Shown: piece after piece, positions 17,486-27,256 of the stretch
Layout: each line of letters starts with the position of its first letter
Numbering within the stretch: the stretch's first letter is position 1
Assembly (NCBI GenBank): GCA_003599335.1
Contig: QZJN01000014.1
Span: 1,432 to 65,431 of the forward strand
Direction of reading: 5' to 3'
DNA length: 64,000 nt
DNA from: Candidatus Parcubacteria bacterium
Lineage (GTDB): Bacteria > Patescibacteriota > Minisyncoccia > SURF-38
Made by a program: the position numbers and the translations under genes
Notes under the pieces: generated by a model
Database searches by the model: none
Told to the model about the DNA's origin: nothing
The model's input: only the letters and a program-made list of their open reading frames with translations

Positions 17486-19028
17486 CTAATTTTTTATTTT
17501 GTTTTTTATTGTAGTTGAATTTAGGGTTGTCTATAGGATAAATGCCCTCATCTTCGGATATAGTTAAGTTCCTTAAATACTTTGAGGCAGTTTCGGGAGT
17601 ATTGCCGTTATATTTATAACCATTACTTGAACGATAATTTACTTTATCAAGTTTATTTGCGACGATTTTTTTATATTTTGGATCTATATCAATACCAATA
17701 TAATTTCGTCCGAGGCGTTTTGCGGCAAGCGCAGTTGTCCCTGCTCCAATGAATGGATCTAACACTACATCCCTTTCATCTGTAGTCATGAGTATCAATC
17801 GTTCCAATAAAGGTTCTGGGAGTTGGCATGGATGAGCGTCTCTCCGAGCGTTATGCCGAATGCGGTGTATATCTGCCCACACATCGCTTAAAAGTGTTCC
17901 ATGAGGGTGTATTTGGTTTTTCTTCCCCCCATAATCTTTAATCATTTCTCCGCAGATCCTGCATTTTTTGTGAGGTGATCTTAATTCATGAAATTTAAAT
18001 CCTTTCTGAGTTTTTGTATAAAATAAGATGCCATAATGTGCGGGTAATAGCGTTTTTCCAAGAGGCGTGCTCATTGAATCCCAAGCAATCCAGTGTTTAA
18101 ACACAGCAATTTTGTTAAGATGGTTAGCATAGTAGGTCAACCATTTTGGTATATTATGAATAAAGATTGAGCCTGTTGGTTTAGTTATTCTAACCATTTC
18201 GGTTAGCCACAACTCACACCATTTTATATAATCATCAGTTGTTTTTTTGTCTTTATAATTTCCATACTTTTTATTTAAGTTGAATGGCGGGTCTGCAAAT
18301 GTCATATCCACCGAGTTATCAGGGATCTTTTTCATTTCACTAATAGAATCTCCGCACAGGATTTCGTTCAGAGGAAGTTTTTTGTATTGTTTAATATCGT
18401 GTTTAATTTCTGGCAAAATGATAGGAGTTGTAAATTCATCTCGGATAACATCAATGACTATCCCTTGGATAGAAATATCCTTATCTTTTTTTATGATGAT
18501 TGGCTCCATGCTTTTGTTTGCCGGTTGTAATCTGATATGGCCGCGCTCTTTATAGAATTTCTTTAGGGTTGCTTCCTGATTGTCTATGAGGGCGACAACT
18601 TTTTGGCCGTTTTCGGCTGTGGCTTGATGTTTTACTAAAATAATATCTCCATCATTAATATTTTCATCAACCATGCTATTGCCAATCACTTTTAAAGCGT
18701 AAATCTCTCCGGAAGAGGGGAGTTTGTTTTTTGGCACGGCAATAGTTTCTTTTTCTTGAACCGCCTCTATGGGTTCGCCAGCCGCGATAGTGCCAAGGAG
18801 TGGAATTTTAACCATCGACTCCGTTTCAGTAATATCTATTGCCCTGTGTTGATTCCAGCCTCGTTTTAAATATCCCTTTGCTTGTAGCTTTGATATATGT
18901 TCATGAATATTTGAGGGGGAGGATAAACCGAAGTGGTCGGCTATCTCTTCAAGAGAGGGAGCGTACTGGTGCTTTTTTATGTATTTTTGGACGTAGTCCA
19001 AAACTTGTTTCTGACGTTTGGTAAGCAT
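17466..19028 (-). CDS. LexA-like repressor (HTH + S24 autopeptidase) fused to a beta-class DNA methyltransferase (N6A/N4C)
   Basis: The N-terminus MLTKRQKQVLDYV...LEEIADHFGLSSPSNIHEHISKLQAKGYL matches the LexA DNA-binding domain. The AAGEP Ala-Gly cleavage site, GNSM Ser and ATLKKF Lys define an intact S24 domain. After a linker come the MTase motifs IV (DMTFADPPFN) and I (VVLDPFIGAGTTALAA) in beta-class order. The track start at 19049 is GTG; ATG 19028 matches the LexA N-terminus. Confidence 0.65.
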   Translation of the reverse strand: MLTKRQKQVLDYVQKYIKKHQYAPSLEEIADHFGLSSPSNIHEHISKLQAKGYLKRGWNQHRAIDITETESMVKIPLLGTIAAGEPIEAVQEKETIAVPKNKLPSSGEIYALKVIGNSMVDENINDGDIILVKHQATAENGQKVVALIDNQEATLKKFYKERGHIRLQPANKSMEPIIIKKDKDISIQGIVIDVIRDEFTTPIILPEIKHDIKQYKKLPLNEILCGDSISEMKKIPDNSVDMTFADPPFNLNKKYGNYKDKKTTDDYIKWCELWLTEMVRITKPTGSIFIHNIPKWLTYYANHLNKIAVFKHWIAWDSMSTPLGKTLLPAHYGILFYTKTQKGFKFHELRSPHKKCRICGEMIKDYGGKKNQIHPHGTLLSDVWADIHRIRHNARRDAHPCQLPEPLLERLILMTTDERDVVLDPFIGAGTTALAAKRLGRNYIGIDIDPKYKKIVANKLDKVNYRSSNGYKYNGNTPETASKYLRNLTISEDEGIYPIDNPKFNYNKKQNKKLVSPTLF

Positions 19029-19037
19029 GCTTTTATT

Positions 19038-19071
19038 ATAACTTAACACCCGAAAGAAAACCGAAAGTTAT
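19038..19071. promoter_or_regulatory. Candidate operator: inverted repeat ATAACTT-N20-AAGTTAT enclosing direct repeats CCGAAAG x2, overlapping the -10 of the lexA-MTase gene
   Basis: Read from the sequence immediately upstream of ATG 19028 on the minus strand. A TATAAT box (reverse complement) lies ~6 nt before the ATG. Confidence 0.35.
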
Positions 19072-19121
19072 CCACACAAGAAATCATTGTTTGGCGTGCT
19101 GAAAAGTAGTATAATATAGGT

Positions 19122-19208
19122 AATTAAATAATGGTTAAAAGGGGCGCTCGCCCCGACTGAGGACCTACGAAGTAGATTTAAAGCCGGGGCAACCCCGGCT
19201 TGTTTATT
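19122..19208 (+). ncRNA. Candidate small RNA or terminated leader (~87 nt)
   Basis: Promoter TTGTTT(19087)-17-TATAAT(19110), then hairpin GGGGCGCTCGCCCC and a terminator AGCCGGGG-CAA-CCCCGGCT + TGTTTATT (19182-19208). No ORF is present. Confidence 0.35.
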
Positions 19209-19283
19209 ACACGGTAAACCCTAGGTAATTAAAAGTGTTAGGCAGTTTATTTATAAGGCGAGATTGGTTTTAAAATAATCATC

Positions 19284-20621
19284 GTGGCCACACAAAATCC
19301 ATTCGAAATATTAAGGGAGCTAAGGGGTATAGAATGGCCAACCAAGACTGGCTGGGTTATTTATTCTTTTGCAATTTTTCTTTTATCCTGGTTGATCATT
19401 ATGCTTCTTAAGCAAATCGGTATTGCATTGGGACCGTTGTTGGTGGGATGGATTTTGGGTGGCTTGCAGGTTGCCCATTTTATCGCGTGGGTTATGAAGA
19501 GAAATTTTTTTTATGATCCAGATGTTTTAACAATTGCTTTTGCGGTCGCCACAGAAGAAGCTTCACGCAGCTATTATAAAGAAATAAAGAAAAAGTTTCG
19601 AGAACAAATTACTGCTCATAAGCTGCAAGATGATATAAAAGTAAAAGAATTGCCAACCGATGTTAACTTTACTGATGCAAAATCAGCCGAGGCCTTTATT
19701 TTAAAAAGAGGAATAAGGCTTCTGGTGTGGGGTAATACAACAGAAGGAAATGTTGTAAATATTCCATTTTCTCAATTTAATATTCAAATATCCTATCAAT
19801 ACAGAGCTCTTAGTAAAGTAAGACAGGAAGAGTTTAAAAAAGACATTAGAACTGCAATCCAACGAAGAATGTGGGGAGTTCGTCAGTCAGAATCCTTTTT
19901 ACATCTCGCCGTTGTTTCTGGAAATATCCTGGAAATTAGTTTATATACACTTGGGGCATGCCTTGCGACAATACCGCGAGTAGATTATTTGTTAAGGTCT
20001 ATAGATATATTTGAAAACCTCCAGAATTTGCTTAAAGAGCGTAAACAAGATCTAAATTTTCCCAACCTCCAAGCTGTTAAACAAAAAACACGTTCTTTAC
20101 TTCGTGACGCCTATACCTTTTTAGTATCTTACTACATGGACTCTAAAGATTTAGATGGGGCAACTAGATATGCTGGTAAGGCGATAGAAATTGACGAGAA
20201 TAATTTTATTGCTCATCAAAACATGGCCAGACTCCAATGGGTTAAAGGCAATAAGGATCAGGCAAGCTTTCATACAAAAAGAGCATGGCATATTAGGCCT
20301 GGACATCCACTCCCAAGATTTAACAAGGCTTTTTTTCTTATTATTAATAGAAATTATGAACAGGCTTTAAAGCAGTACAAAAAAATTCGATATGTAGGAG
20401 ATACTAGTATAGTCGATGTTATAGAGTTTTTAGAAAGCGAATTTGATAAAGCTAAAGATAATTTGGGTCTTTTATTTATACCTGGATGGTTAAATATCCA
20501 GTATGCTGATCAAGTTAGGGGAGTTGCGCAACTCGAAAAGTTTCTAAAACTAGCAAACAATGATTCTATATATTCAGTGCTTATAGCAGAAGCCAGTAAG
20601 ATTCTTTCTTCTAGAAACTAG
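19284..20621 (+). CDS. Hypothetical membrane-anchored protein with a TPR-like C-terminal region
   Basis: 445 aa with a GTG start. Two N-terminal TM helices; no recognised catalytic motif. Confidence 0.5.
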   Translation: MATQNPFEILRELRGIEWPTKTGWVIYSFAIFLLSWLIIMLLKQIGIALGPLLVGWILGGLQVAHFIAWVMKRNFFYDPDVLTIAFAVATEEASRSYYKEIKKKFREQITAHKLQDDIKVKELPTDVNFTDAKSAEAFILKRGIRLLVWGNTTEGNVVNIPFSQFNIQISYQYRALSKVRQEEFKKDIRTAIQRRMWGVRQSESFLHLAVVSGNILEISLYTLGACLATIPRVDYLLRSIDIFENLQNLLKERKQDLNFPNLQAVKQKTRSLLRDAYTFLVSYYMDSKDLDGATRYAGKAIEIDENNFIAHQNMARLQWVKGNKDQASFHTKRAWHIRPGHPLPRFNKAFFLIINRNYEQALKQYKKIRYVGDTSIVDVIEFLESEFDKAKDNLGLLFIPGWLNIQYADQVRGVAQLEKFLKLANNDSIYSVLIAEASKILSSRN

Positions 20622-20634
20622 AATTTTCTAATCG

Positions 20635-20661
20635 GCTCGCACGAAGTGCGAGCTGTTTTAG
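20635..20661 (+). terminator. Intrinsic terminator GCTCGCAC-GAA-GTGCGAGC + TGTTTTA
   Basis: Perfect 8-bp stem followed by a T-run after the 19284-20621 ORF. Confidence 0.65.
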
Positions 20662-20783
20662 TTTGATACTTATTTAAATACGGGTTTCCCGCAACCTTTC
20701 AATGAGATTAGGATAGCCGTTTATTTGTTTTACAGCGCTTGAGGTTTCATAACGGTTCGACAAGCTCACCATAAAATGGTTTA

Positions 20784-22007
20784 ATGCCTTATTGTTTTAT
20801 GACTCCACACGCTCAACAGGCGGGATTTTCAGGGCTTGGCATTGCGCCGGCATTTTTGGATATACTTGTAAAATTGAATTTTAAAGAACCAACGCCCATT
20901 CAGCGCCAAGCTATACCGGTTGCCCTTGAAGGGAAAGACGTTGTCGGTATTGCGCAAACGGGAACGGGCAAAACTCTTGCTTTTGGCATTCCGATGATTC
21001 AGCGGCTGCATCAGATAAAAGGCAGGGGGCTTGTTATTTTGCCCACGCGCGAGCTTGCGATGCAGGTTGACGAATCGTTGCAAAAAATCGGCAAAAGTTT
21101 GGGCCTTCGCACCGCCGTTGTTATTGGGGGAGCGTCTATGCATTTACAAATCCAATCGTTAAAGCGAAATCCGCATATTATTATTGCAACGCCAGGCAGA
21201 TTGAACGATCATTTGGAGCAAAAAACGGTTGTGCTTCACGATGTCCGTGTCGTGGTGCTTGATGAGGCAGACAGAATGCTTGATATGGGATTTGCTCCGC
21301 AAATCAAACGGATTTTGCATACCGTGCCCAGGGAACGGCAAACCATGCTTTTTTCAGCAACAATGCCGCCTGAAATTATGAAATTGGCAACCGCGCATAT
21401 GAAATTGCCCATTCGAATTGAAGTTGCCCCGCAAGGCACAATGGCGGATAAAGTAACGCAGGAAATTTTTGTTATTGCGAAGGATTCAAAAAACCGCTTG
21501 GTGGAAAAATTGTTATCCCAATATCCAGGCACGACGCTTATATTTACCCGCACGAAATACGGGGCGCGAAAGCTTATGAAAGCAATTCATTATATGGGGC
21601 ATTCTGCCGCAGAGCTTCATTCCAACAGATCGTTATTTCAACGAAAGGAAGCGCTTGAGGGATTTAAATCGGGTAAATACCGCGTGTTGGTGGCAACCGA
21701 TATTGCAGCTAGAGGCATTGATGTTTCGGGCATTGAGCTTGTGATTAATTACGATTTGCCGACAAATTCCCAAGATTATGTGCATCGCATTGGGCGAACA
21801 GCCAGGGCCGGCGCAGGAGGGCACGCGATTTCTTTTGCAACGCCCGATCAGCGAAGAGAGTTGGAAGATATTGAACGGATGATAAAACAGCGTATTAGCA
21901 TTTCAAAGCTTCCCGAATTGCCGCCAGATCGAATGCCCCGATATCAATCGCGCCCACACGGAGTTCAACAGGCGCGTCCAGCACGCAGATTTCACAGATG
22001 GAGATAG
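20784..22007 (+). CDS. DEAD-box ATP-dependent RNA helicase
   Basis: Q-motif (TPIQRQAIP), AQTGTGKT, DEAD (VVLDEADRMLDMGF), SAT and HRIGRTAR motifs. The start could instead be the ATG at 20799. Confidence 0.88.
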   Translation: MPYCFMTPHAQQAGFSGLGIAPAFLDILVKLNFKEPTPIQRQAIPVALEGKDVVGIAQTGTGKTLAFGIPMIQRLHQIKGRGLVILPTRELAMQVDESLQKIGKSLGLRTAVVIGGASMHLQIQSLKRNPHIIIATPGRLNDHLEQKTVVLHDVRVVVLDEADRMLDMGFAPQIKRILHTVPRERQTMLFSATMPPEIMKLATAHMKLPIRIEVAPQGTMADKVTQEIFVIAKDSKNRLVEKLLSQYPGTTLIFTRTKYGARKLMKAIHYMGHSAAELHSNRSLFQRKEALEGFKSGKYRVLVATDIAARGIDVSGIELVINYDLPTNSQDYVHRIGRTARAGAGGHAISFATPDQRRELEDIERMIKQRISISKLPELPPDRMPRYQSRPHGVQQARPARRFHRWR

Positions 22008-22062
22008 GGAGTGGCGAGTAGCACAGCTTATAGTATTTGGTAATTTTATTTTTGAATAAAAA

Positions 22063-22093
22063 ACCGGGGTGTGAGTTTGGGTTGCACACCCCG
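22063..22093 (-). terminator. Terminator hairpin CCGGGGTGTG..CACACCCCGG (T-run on the minus strand)
   Basis: 10-bp stem between convergent genes. On the minus strand the T-rich tail follows. Confidence 0.5.
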
Positions 22094-22140
22094 GGGGCGT
22101 CGCTGCGGTTGGGGGCCGCTAGTTGACGGGGGGGAACTGA

Positions 22141-22893
22141 TTAGATTTTCCACCACGGTTGGGAGATACAGATAAAGAATACCGCGAGGGAAAGGAGGAG
22201 GAAATAGACAGCAGTCCAGAACCAGCGTTGTTTGGTTGTCATGGCGAGGCGATGCTTACTCCCGAGGTGCTCGTCTTCATGGGCGTTTTTGCGAAGCCCA
22301 TAAACAACAAGCAATCCGGGTACTGCGAAGGTTTGCGCGCTGGCAAAGACCGCAATGCCAAAGATTGCAACGGCTACAACGGTGAGCGCGTGAGCAACCG
22401 GCATATCTTGATGTTCCGGGATGCTGTCGAAGAGCGCTTTGGCAAACAGATGCCCGTCGGTTTCCCACAGGGGGAGCAGACAAAAAAGCATCAGCGCGCC
22501 GTTGAAGTTGACGATCTTGGAAAGCTCCTCATTCGTTAACAGCCCGGATTGATTAAGAATGGTGCTTGCGCAGACGATTAGGGCGTTGCCGATGAGGCCG
22601 ACGAGAGCAATTCCCGAATAACGACTCCAGTGCACTTGATAGATTTTTTGGATTTCCGTTTTGAACGGCACCGTTATGCCTCCAAGTGGATGAACTAGGG
22701 CATAACTTTTCATGCCGACGGATTCAAAAGCGAGAAGGTGAAATAGCTCATGAATACCGATGGCAAGGGTGATGGTTGTGGCCATGAACCCGGGGTTGTC
22801 GCTTTTAAGCAAAGATCCCAGGAACCAAAAAAGATGCCAAGTTACAAGACCGCTTCCTCCAAGGAGGAATAGGCCGAGAGCAGTCTTTTTCAT
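22141..22893 (-). CDS. Putative membrane zinc metalloprotease (HExxH in TM helix; M50/S2P-like)
   Basis: Polytopic membrane protein with HELFH in a hydrophobic segment. The family assignment is tentative. Confidence 0.4.
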   Translation of the reverse strand: MKKTALGLFLLGGSGLVTWHLFWFLGSLLKSDNPGFMATTITLAIGIHELFHLLAFESVGMKSYALVHPLGGITVPFKTEIQKIYQVHWSRYSGIALVGLIGNALIVCASTILNQSGLLTNEELSKIVNFNGALMLFCLLPLWETDGHLFAKALFDSIPEHQDMPVAHALTVVAVAIFGIAVFASAQTFAVPGLLVVYGLRKNAHEDEHLGSKHRLAMTTKQRWFWTAVYFLLLSLAVFFICISQPWWKI

Positions 22894-23032
22894 TAGCTTT
22901 CCTCCTTGTTGGTGTAGAGTGCACGGAAGCTTTTAACTCCCGATGACAATATTATAGCATTTTAATTTTACTTGTCAAGTTTAGATAATTGTTTTCGATT
23001 GATTTTTAAGATAAAATTTTAAAGCAAAGCAA

Positions 23033-23539
23033 ATGGAATATATTGATATTATTAATGAAAAAGATGAAGTTGTTGGCAGGGCGAGTAAAGACGAAATTTA
23101 TGAAAAATTACTGCCTCATAGGATTGTTCATATATTGATATTCAACAAAAAAGGAGAATTGGCTTTGCAGTTGCGGAGCGCCAAAAAATCTTTTTGCCCG
23201 TTGCATTGGAGCACGGCTGTTGGCGGACATGTGCAGGCCGGGGAGGCATATGAACAAGGGGCGCAGAGGGAATGCAGGGAAGAAATTGGAGTTTCTGTGC
23301 CGATGAAATTTTTTGCGAAAGACTGGTATTTTGACGAAGTTCGCGAGCTTAAAAAATTACTTTGCACTTTTACTGCTATTTTTGACGGAGAGATAAAAAT
23401 TGAACCTGAAGAAGTTGAGAGGATTGATTATTTTCCTTTGGCAAGGGTTTATGAGATGATGGAAAAAGGAGAGAAATTTCACCCCGAACTTTTATTTTTA
23501 TTGAACAAACACTCAAAACAATTAACCAAATTAATATGA
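23033..23539 (+). CDS. NUDIX hydrolase
   Basis: Nudix box GGHVQAGEAYEQGAQRECREEIGV. Confidence 0.8.
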   Translation: MEYIDIINEKDEVVGRASKDEIYEKLLPHRIVHILIFNKKGELALQLRSAKKSFCPLHWSTAVGGHVQAGEAYEQGAQRECREEIGVSVPMKFFAKDWYFDEVRELKKLLCTFTAIFDGEIKIEPEEVERIDYFPLARVYEMMEKGEKFHPELLFLLNKHSKQLTKLI

Positions 23540-23937
23540 AAGGATACAAAGGATATATTGCCAATATTGAGGAGGAAACAAAAAAGAACAAATATTTTCG
23601 CCAAGTGCTTTATACCGGGCCAAACAGCCAGTTGGTTTTGATGAGCTTAAGACCCGGAGAGGAGATTGGCGAGGAGGTGCACGAGCTTGATCAGTTTATC
23701 AGGGTTGAGCAGGGAGAGGGCAAGGTTGTTTTAAACGGAGCCGAAAATGAATTCAAAGAGGACTTTGCTGTTGTTATACCCCAAGGCACGAGGCACAATG
23801 TTATAAATATAGGCTCGGTTGATATGAAGCTTTATACGATTTATTCGCCGCCGGAACACATGGACGGCACGATTCATAAGGCAAAAGCCGATGCTTTAAA
23901 AAGTGAGGAGCATTTTGACGGGAAAACGACTGAATAA
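23536..23937 (+). CDS. Cupin-domain protein
   Basis: 133 aa with a small-barrel cupin pattern (PGEEIGEEVHELDQFIRVEQGEGKVVLNG...VIPQGTRHNVINIG). ATGA overlap with the NUDIX gene. Confidence 0.6.
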   Translation: MKGYKGYIANIEEETKKNKYFRQVLYTGPNSQLVLMSLRPGEEIGEEVHELDQFIRVEQGEGKVVLNGAENEFKEDFAVVIPQGTRHNVINIGSVDMKLYTIYSPPEHMDGTIHKAKADALKSEEHFDGKTTE

Positions 23938-24014
23938 TAGAGATAAAATTGAATAAGTCTTTCTAAAGGGCTAAACTATAAGAAACCTTTAATCATTAAT
24001 TTTTTTAATAATTT

Positions 24015-24434
24015 ATGGTTCCTATTAATTTTTGGGCGGTTTTAGGAGCGGCAATTGCTTCCATGGTTGTCGGGATGCTTTGGTATGGACCTTTGTTTGG
24101 AAAGCAGTGGATGGCGATGATGGGAATAACTAAAGAAAGCATGCAGACAATGAAGATGACTCCCAAATCGGCGATGACCGGAGGGTTTGTTGCCTCTTTG
24201 GTTATGAGCTATGTTTTGGCCCACTCGTTGGTTTTTGCCGAGGCTTATCTTGGAACAAGCGGAGTTTCGGCCGGGCTTTCGACGGGATTTTGGAATTGGC
24301 TTGGATTTGTTGCGCCCGTTACTTTAGGAGTTGTGCTTTGGGAGGGGAAGCCCTGGAAGCTTTGGTTTTTGAACGGGAGTTATTATCTTGTTTCGCTTTT
24401 GGTGATGGGAGTTATTTTGGCTGTCTGGAAATAA
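24015..24434 (+). CDS. Hypothetical membrane protein (DUF1761-like)
   Basis: 4-TM hydrophobic ORF of 139 aa. Confidence 0.5.
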   Translation: MVPINFWAVLGAAIASMVVGMLWYGPLFGKQWMAMMGITKESMQTMKMTPKSAMTGGFVASLVMSYVLAHSLVFAEAYLGTSGVSAGLSTGFWNWLGFVAPVTLGVVLWEGKPWKLWFLNGSYYLVSLLVMGVILAVWK

Positions 24435-24451
24435 ATTTTTTTATAAGTTAG

Positions 24452-25468
24452 ATGCTGATTTTTTTCTTAGCCGCTTTTTTGGCCGGACTTTACAGCGTTG
24501 TTAAGGGCGCCTCTATTGTTGTTGGTAATTCGGCGGCACTGGCTCGGCATTTTGGAGTTTCCAATTTGATTATCGGACTTTCGGTTGTTGCTTTTGGCAC
24601 AAGCATTCCGGAGCTAACGATAAATATTTTCTCAAGGGTTGATATTTCTTCGATTGGCATTGGCAATGCCATCGGCGCTTCTATCGCCAATATGGCATTT
24701 ATAATCGGTCTTGCTTCGATAATGGCGCCCGTGCATGTTAATGTTCACGCCATTCGTAAACAACTACCCCTGGTCGTTGTTGGAATATCGCTTTTGATTT
24801 TGGTTGTTGGGGATGTTTTTGGAGGCTCGGGAGAGATAACTTTTATTTCAAGAAATGAAGGAATTATATTGCTGATATTTTTTGGATTTTTCATATACAA
24901 TCTTTTTTATCAGGCGATTAAAGAACATAAGGTTTTTGAGGATCACAAGGAAACGGCCATAAGAGAAACGGCTCAAACAATTGTTAAAAGAGTTGCTTCT
25001 CACGATGAATCGGAAAAGAAACAGATTTTTCATTACGTTGGTTTTCTTGTTTTGGGGCTTGCAATGATGATTGTCGGGGCTTATTTCGTTGTTGAAGGGG
25101 GAAAAATAATTGCTCTTACCATGGGGCTTTCCGAGACTTTTATAGGGCTTTTATTTGTTTCTTTAGCAACGACGACTCCCGAGCTTGCTACGGCATTGGC
25201 GGCGGTTAAGCAGGGGCAGCCGGACATTGCAGTTGGCAATGCTATTGGCAGCAGCCTATTTAATTTATTGGCAATTGTCGGTATTGCTGCTATTATTACG
25301 CCGGTTGGATTTGAGGCTCGTCTTATTTTTGACATGCTGGTTTTGCTTGGTTTTGTACTTCATTTTTTTACGGTTGCCGAAACCGGCAGAAAAATAACAA
25401 GAAAGGAGGGCATAACCCTCGTTTTCTTTTACATACTTTACGCGGTGATAATATCCGTGAGGGGATAA
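24452..25468 (+). CDS. Na+/Ca2+ exchanger (CaCA) family membrane protein
   Basis: Two alpha-repeats (GNAIGASIANMAFIIGL; GNAIGSSLFNLLAIVGI) separated by a hydrophilic loop. Confidence 0.7.
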   Translation: MLIFFLAAFLAGLYSVVKGASIVVGNSAALARHFGVSNLIIGLSVVAFGTSIPELTINIFSRVDISSIGIGNAIGASIANMAFIIGLASIMAPVHVNVHAIRKQLPLVVVGISLLILVVGDVFGGSGEITFISRNEGIILLIFFGFFIYNLFYQAIKEHKVFEDHKETAIRETAQTIVKRVASHDESEKKQIFHYVGFLVLGLAMMIVGAYFVVEGGKIIALTMGLSETFIGLLFVSLATTTPELATALAAVKQGQPDIAVGNAIGSSLFNLLAIVGIAAIITPVGFEARLIFDMLVLLGFVLHFFTVAETGRKITRKEGITLVFFYILYAVIISVRG

Positions 25469-25489
25469 AAATTATTTAGAAATTTTATT

Positions 25490-27256
25490 GTGTCTGATCA
25501 GGTACAAGATATTAAAAACAGGCTTGATATTGTCGAAATTATAAAGGGATATCTGCGTCTCGAAAAATCAGGCATTAATTTTAAGGGGCTTTGTCCTTTT
25601 CATAACGAAAAGACTCCTTCATTTTTCGTTTCTCCTTCAAGGCAGATGTGGCATTGTTTTGGTTGTTCCAGGGGAGGAGACATGTTTGCTTTTATTCAGG
25701 AAATTGAGCACGTTGAATTTGCCGATGCTTTAAAGATGCTTGCCGATAAGGCCGGTGTCGAACTGAAGCATGAAGACAAGAAATTAAAAAGCCAACGTCA
25801 GAAGCTTTATGATGCCCTGGAATTAAGTGCGAAGTTTTTTGAGAGGCAGCTTGAAGGTAATAAATCGGTTCTCGAGTATCTTAAAAATAGAGGCCTGAAA
25901 GAAGAAACTTTATCTGAATTTCGGGTCGGTTTTTCGCCTTCGCAATGGGATAGTCTTTTTAAATTTCTGAGAACAAAAGGATTTTCCGACAGAGAAATTG
26001 CTCAAGCCGGCCTGACTGTAAGTAATGCAAATGATTCAACTAGATATTACGATAGGTTTCGCGGAAGAATAATGTTTCCGATTTTCGATATTTCCGGCAG
26101 AGTTATCGGTTTTGGCGGGAGAGTTTTTGAACAAGGAAATCCGGGAAAAGAACAGGGGCCAAAATACGTTAATACGCCGGCAACGCTGGTATATGACAAA
26201 GGGAGGATGCTTTATGGCTTGGATAAAACAAAGATGGAAATAAGAGAGAAAAACGCGGCTGTTTTAGTTGAGGGTTATATGGATTTACTGATGTCTTGGC
26301 AAAGCGGAGTTAAAAACGTTGTCGCTTCTTCGGGAACTGCTTTAACACCAATGCAACTTGATATCTTAAAGAGATTTTCAAACGTTATAAACATTGCTTT
26401 TGATGCCGATGCGGCGGGTCAGAGCGCAACCAAGCGTAGCATTGATCTGGCTATGTTGAAGGGTTTTGAAGTAAAAGTTATAGAGGTTGGCGAGGGGGTT
26501 AAGGATCCTGCGGAGTTGGCGCAAAAATCTCAAGAAGCCTGGCAAAAGGCTGTTTTGAAAGCCAGACCAATTATGGAATTTTATTTTGAGGCCACCTTGA
26601 AGAAATCTAACCCGAATGTAGTTGAGAATAAAAAAATTATAGCAGGGGAACTTTTACCGGAGATAAACAAACTTCAAAATTCTATTGAAAAAGCTCATTG
26701 GATTGCCGAATTGGCCTCGCATCTTAAAATAAAAGAATCTGTTCTGGAAGAAGAAATGAAAAGATCTCCCATTGAGACAATCAGCGAGGAAGCTGCGCAG
26801 GCTTTTGGCGAGCCGCTTAAAAGAACAAGGGGAGAGCTTCTCTTGGAAAGGCTTTTGTATCTTTTGGCTTCAAATCCACAGGCCAAAGAGTCCGTTGATT
26901 CAATTGAACTTGGGGGGCTTGCCAAAACAGAGCTTGGGGGTTTATTTTCAAAGATCAGAGAAAACAACGACTTTTCGGAAGATGATAAAGCAAGGCTTGA
27001 TTATATAGTTTTTAAAAATGAGGTTTTTGATAAGCCGCAGGAGCCCGAAAGAGAGATTAAATTTTGTCTTGATGGTCTTAACACCATTGTTTTAAAGGAA
27101 GAACTTAACAGGCTTGGTTGGGAGATTAAAGAGGCGGAAAAAAAACAAGAAGTAAAAGAGGTTGCCAGACTGGTGGGGGAATTTAAACAAAAATCAAAAA
27201 AATTGGGAGAAATTTATGGCTCAAACCAAATTAAAGGCCAAGAAAAAACAAGCTAA
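25490..27256 (+). CDS. dnaG: DNA primase DnaG
   Basis: CHC2 zinc finger ([11 protein letters not shown]...[10 protein letters not shown]), TOPRIM region (EGYMDLL), and a GTG start. Confidence 0.88.
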   Translation: MSDQVQDIKNRLDIVEIIKGYLRLEKSGINFKGLCPFHNEKTPSFFVSPSRQMWHCFGCSRGGDMFAFIQEIEHVEFADALKMLADKAGVELKHEDKKLKSQRQKLYDALELSAKFFERQLEGNKSVLEYLKNRGLKEETLSEFRVGFSPSQWDSLFKFLRTKGFSDREIAQAGLTVSNANDSTRYYDRFRGRIMFPIFDISGRVIGFGGRVFEQGNPGKEQGPKYVNTPATLVYDKGRMLYGLDKTKMEIREKNAAVLVEGYMDLLMSWQSGVKNVVASSGTALTPMQLDILKRFSNVINIAFDADAAGQSATKRSIDLAMLKGFEVKVIEVGEGVKDPAELAQKSQEAWQKAVLKARPIMEFYFEATLKKSNPNVVENKKIIAGELLPEINKLQNSIEKAHWIAELASHLKIKESVLEEEMKRSPIETISEEAAQAFGEPLKRTRGELLLERLLYLLASNPQAKESVDSIELGGLAKTELGGLFSKIRENNDFSEDDKARLDYIVFKNEVFDKPQEPEREIKFCLDGLNTIVLKEELNRLGWEIKEAEKKQEVKEVARLVGEFKQKSKKLGEIYGSNQIKGQEKTS

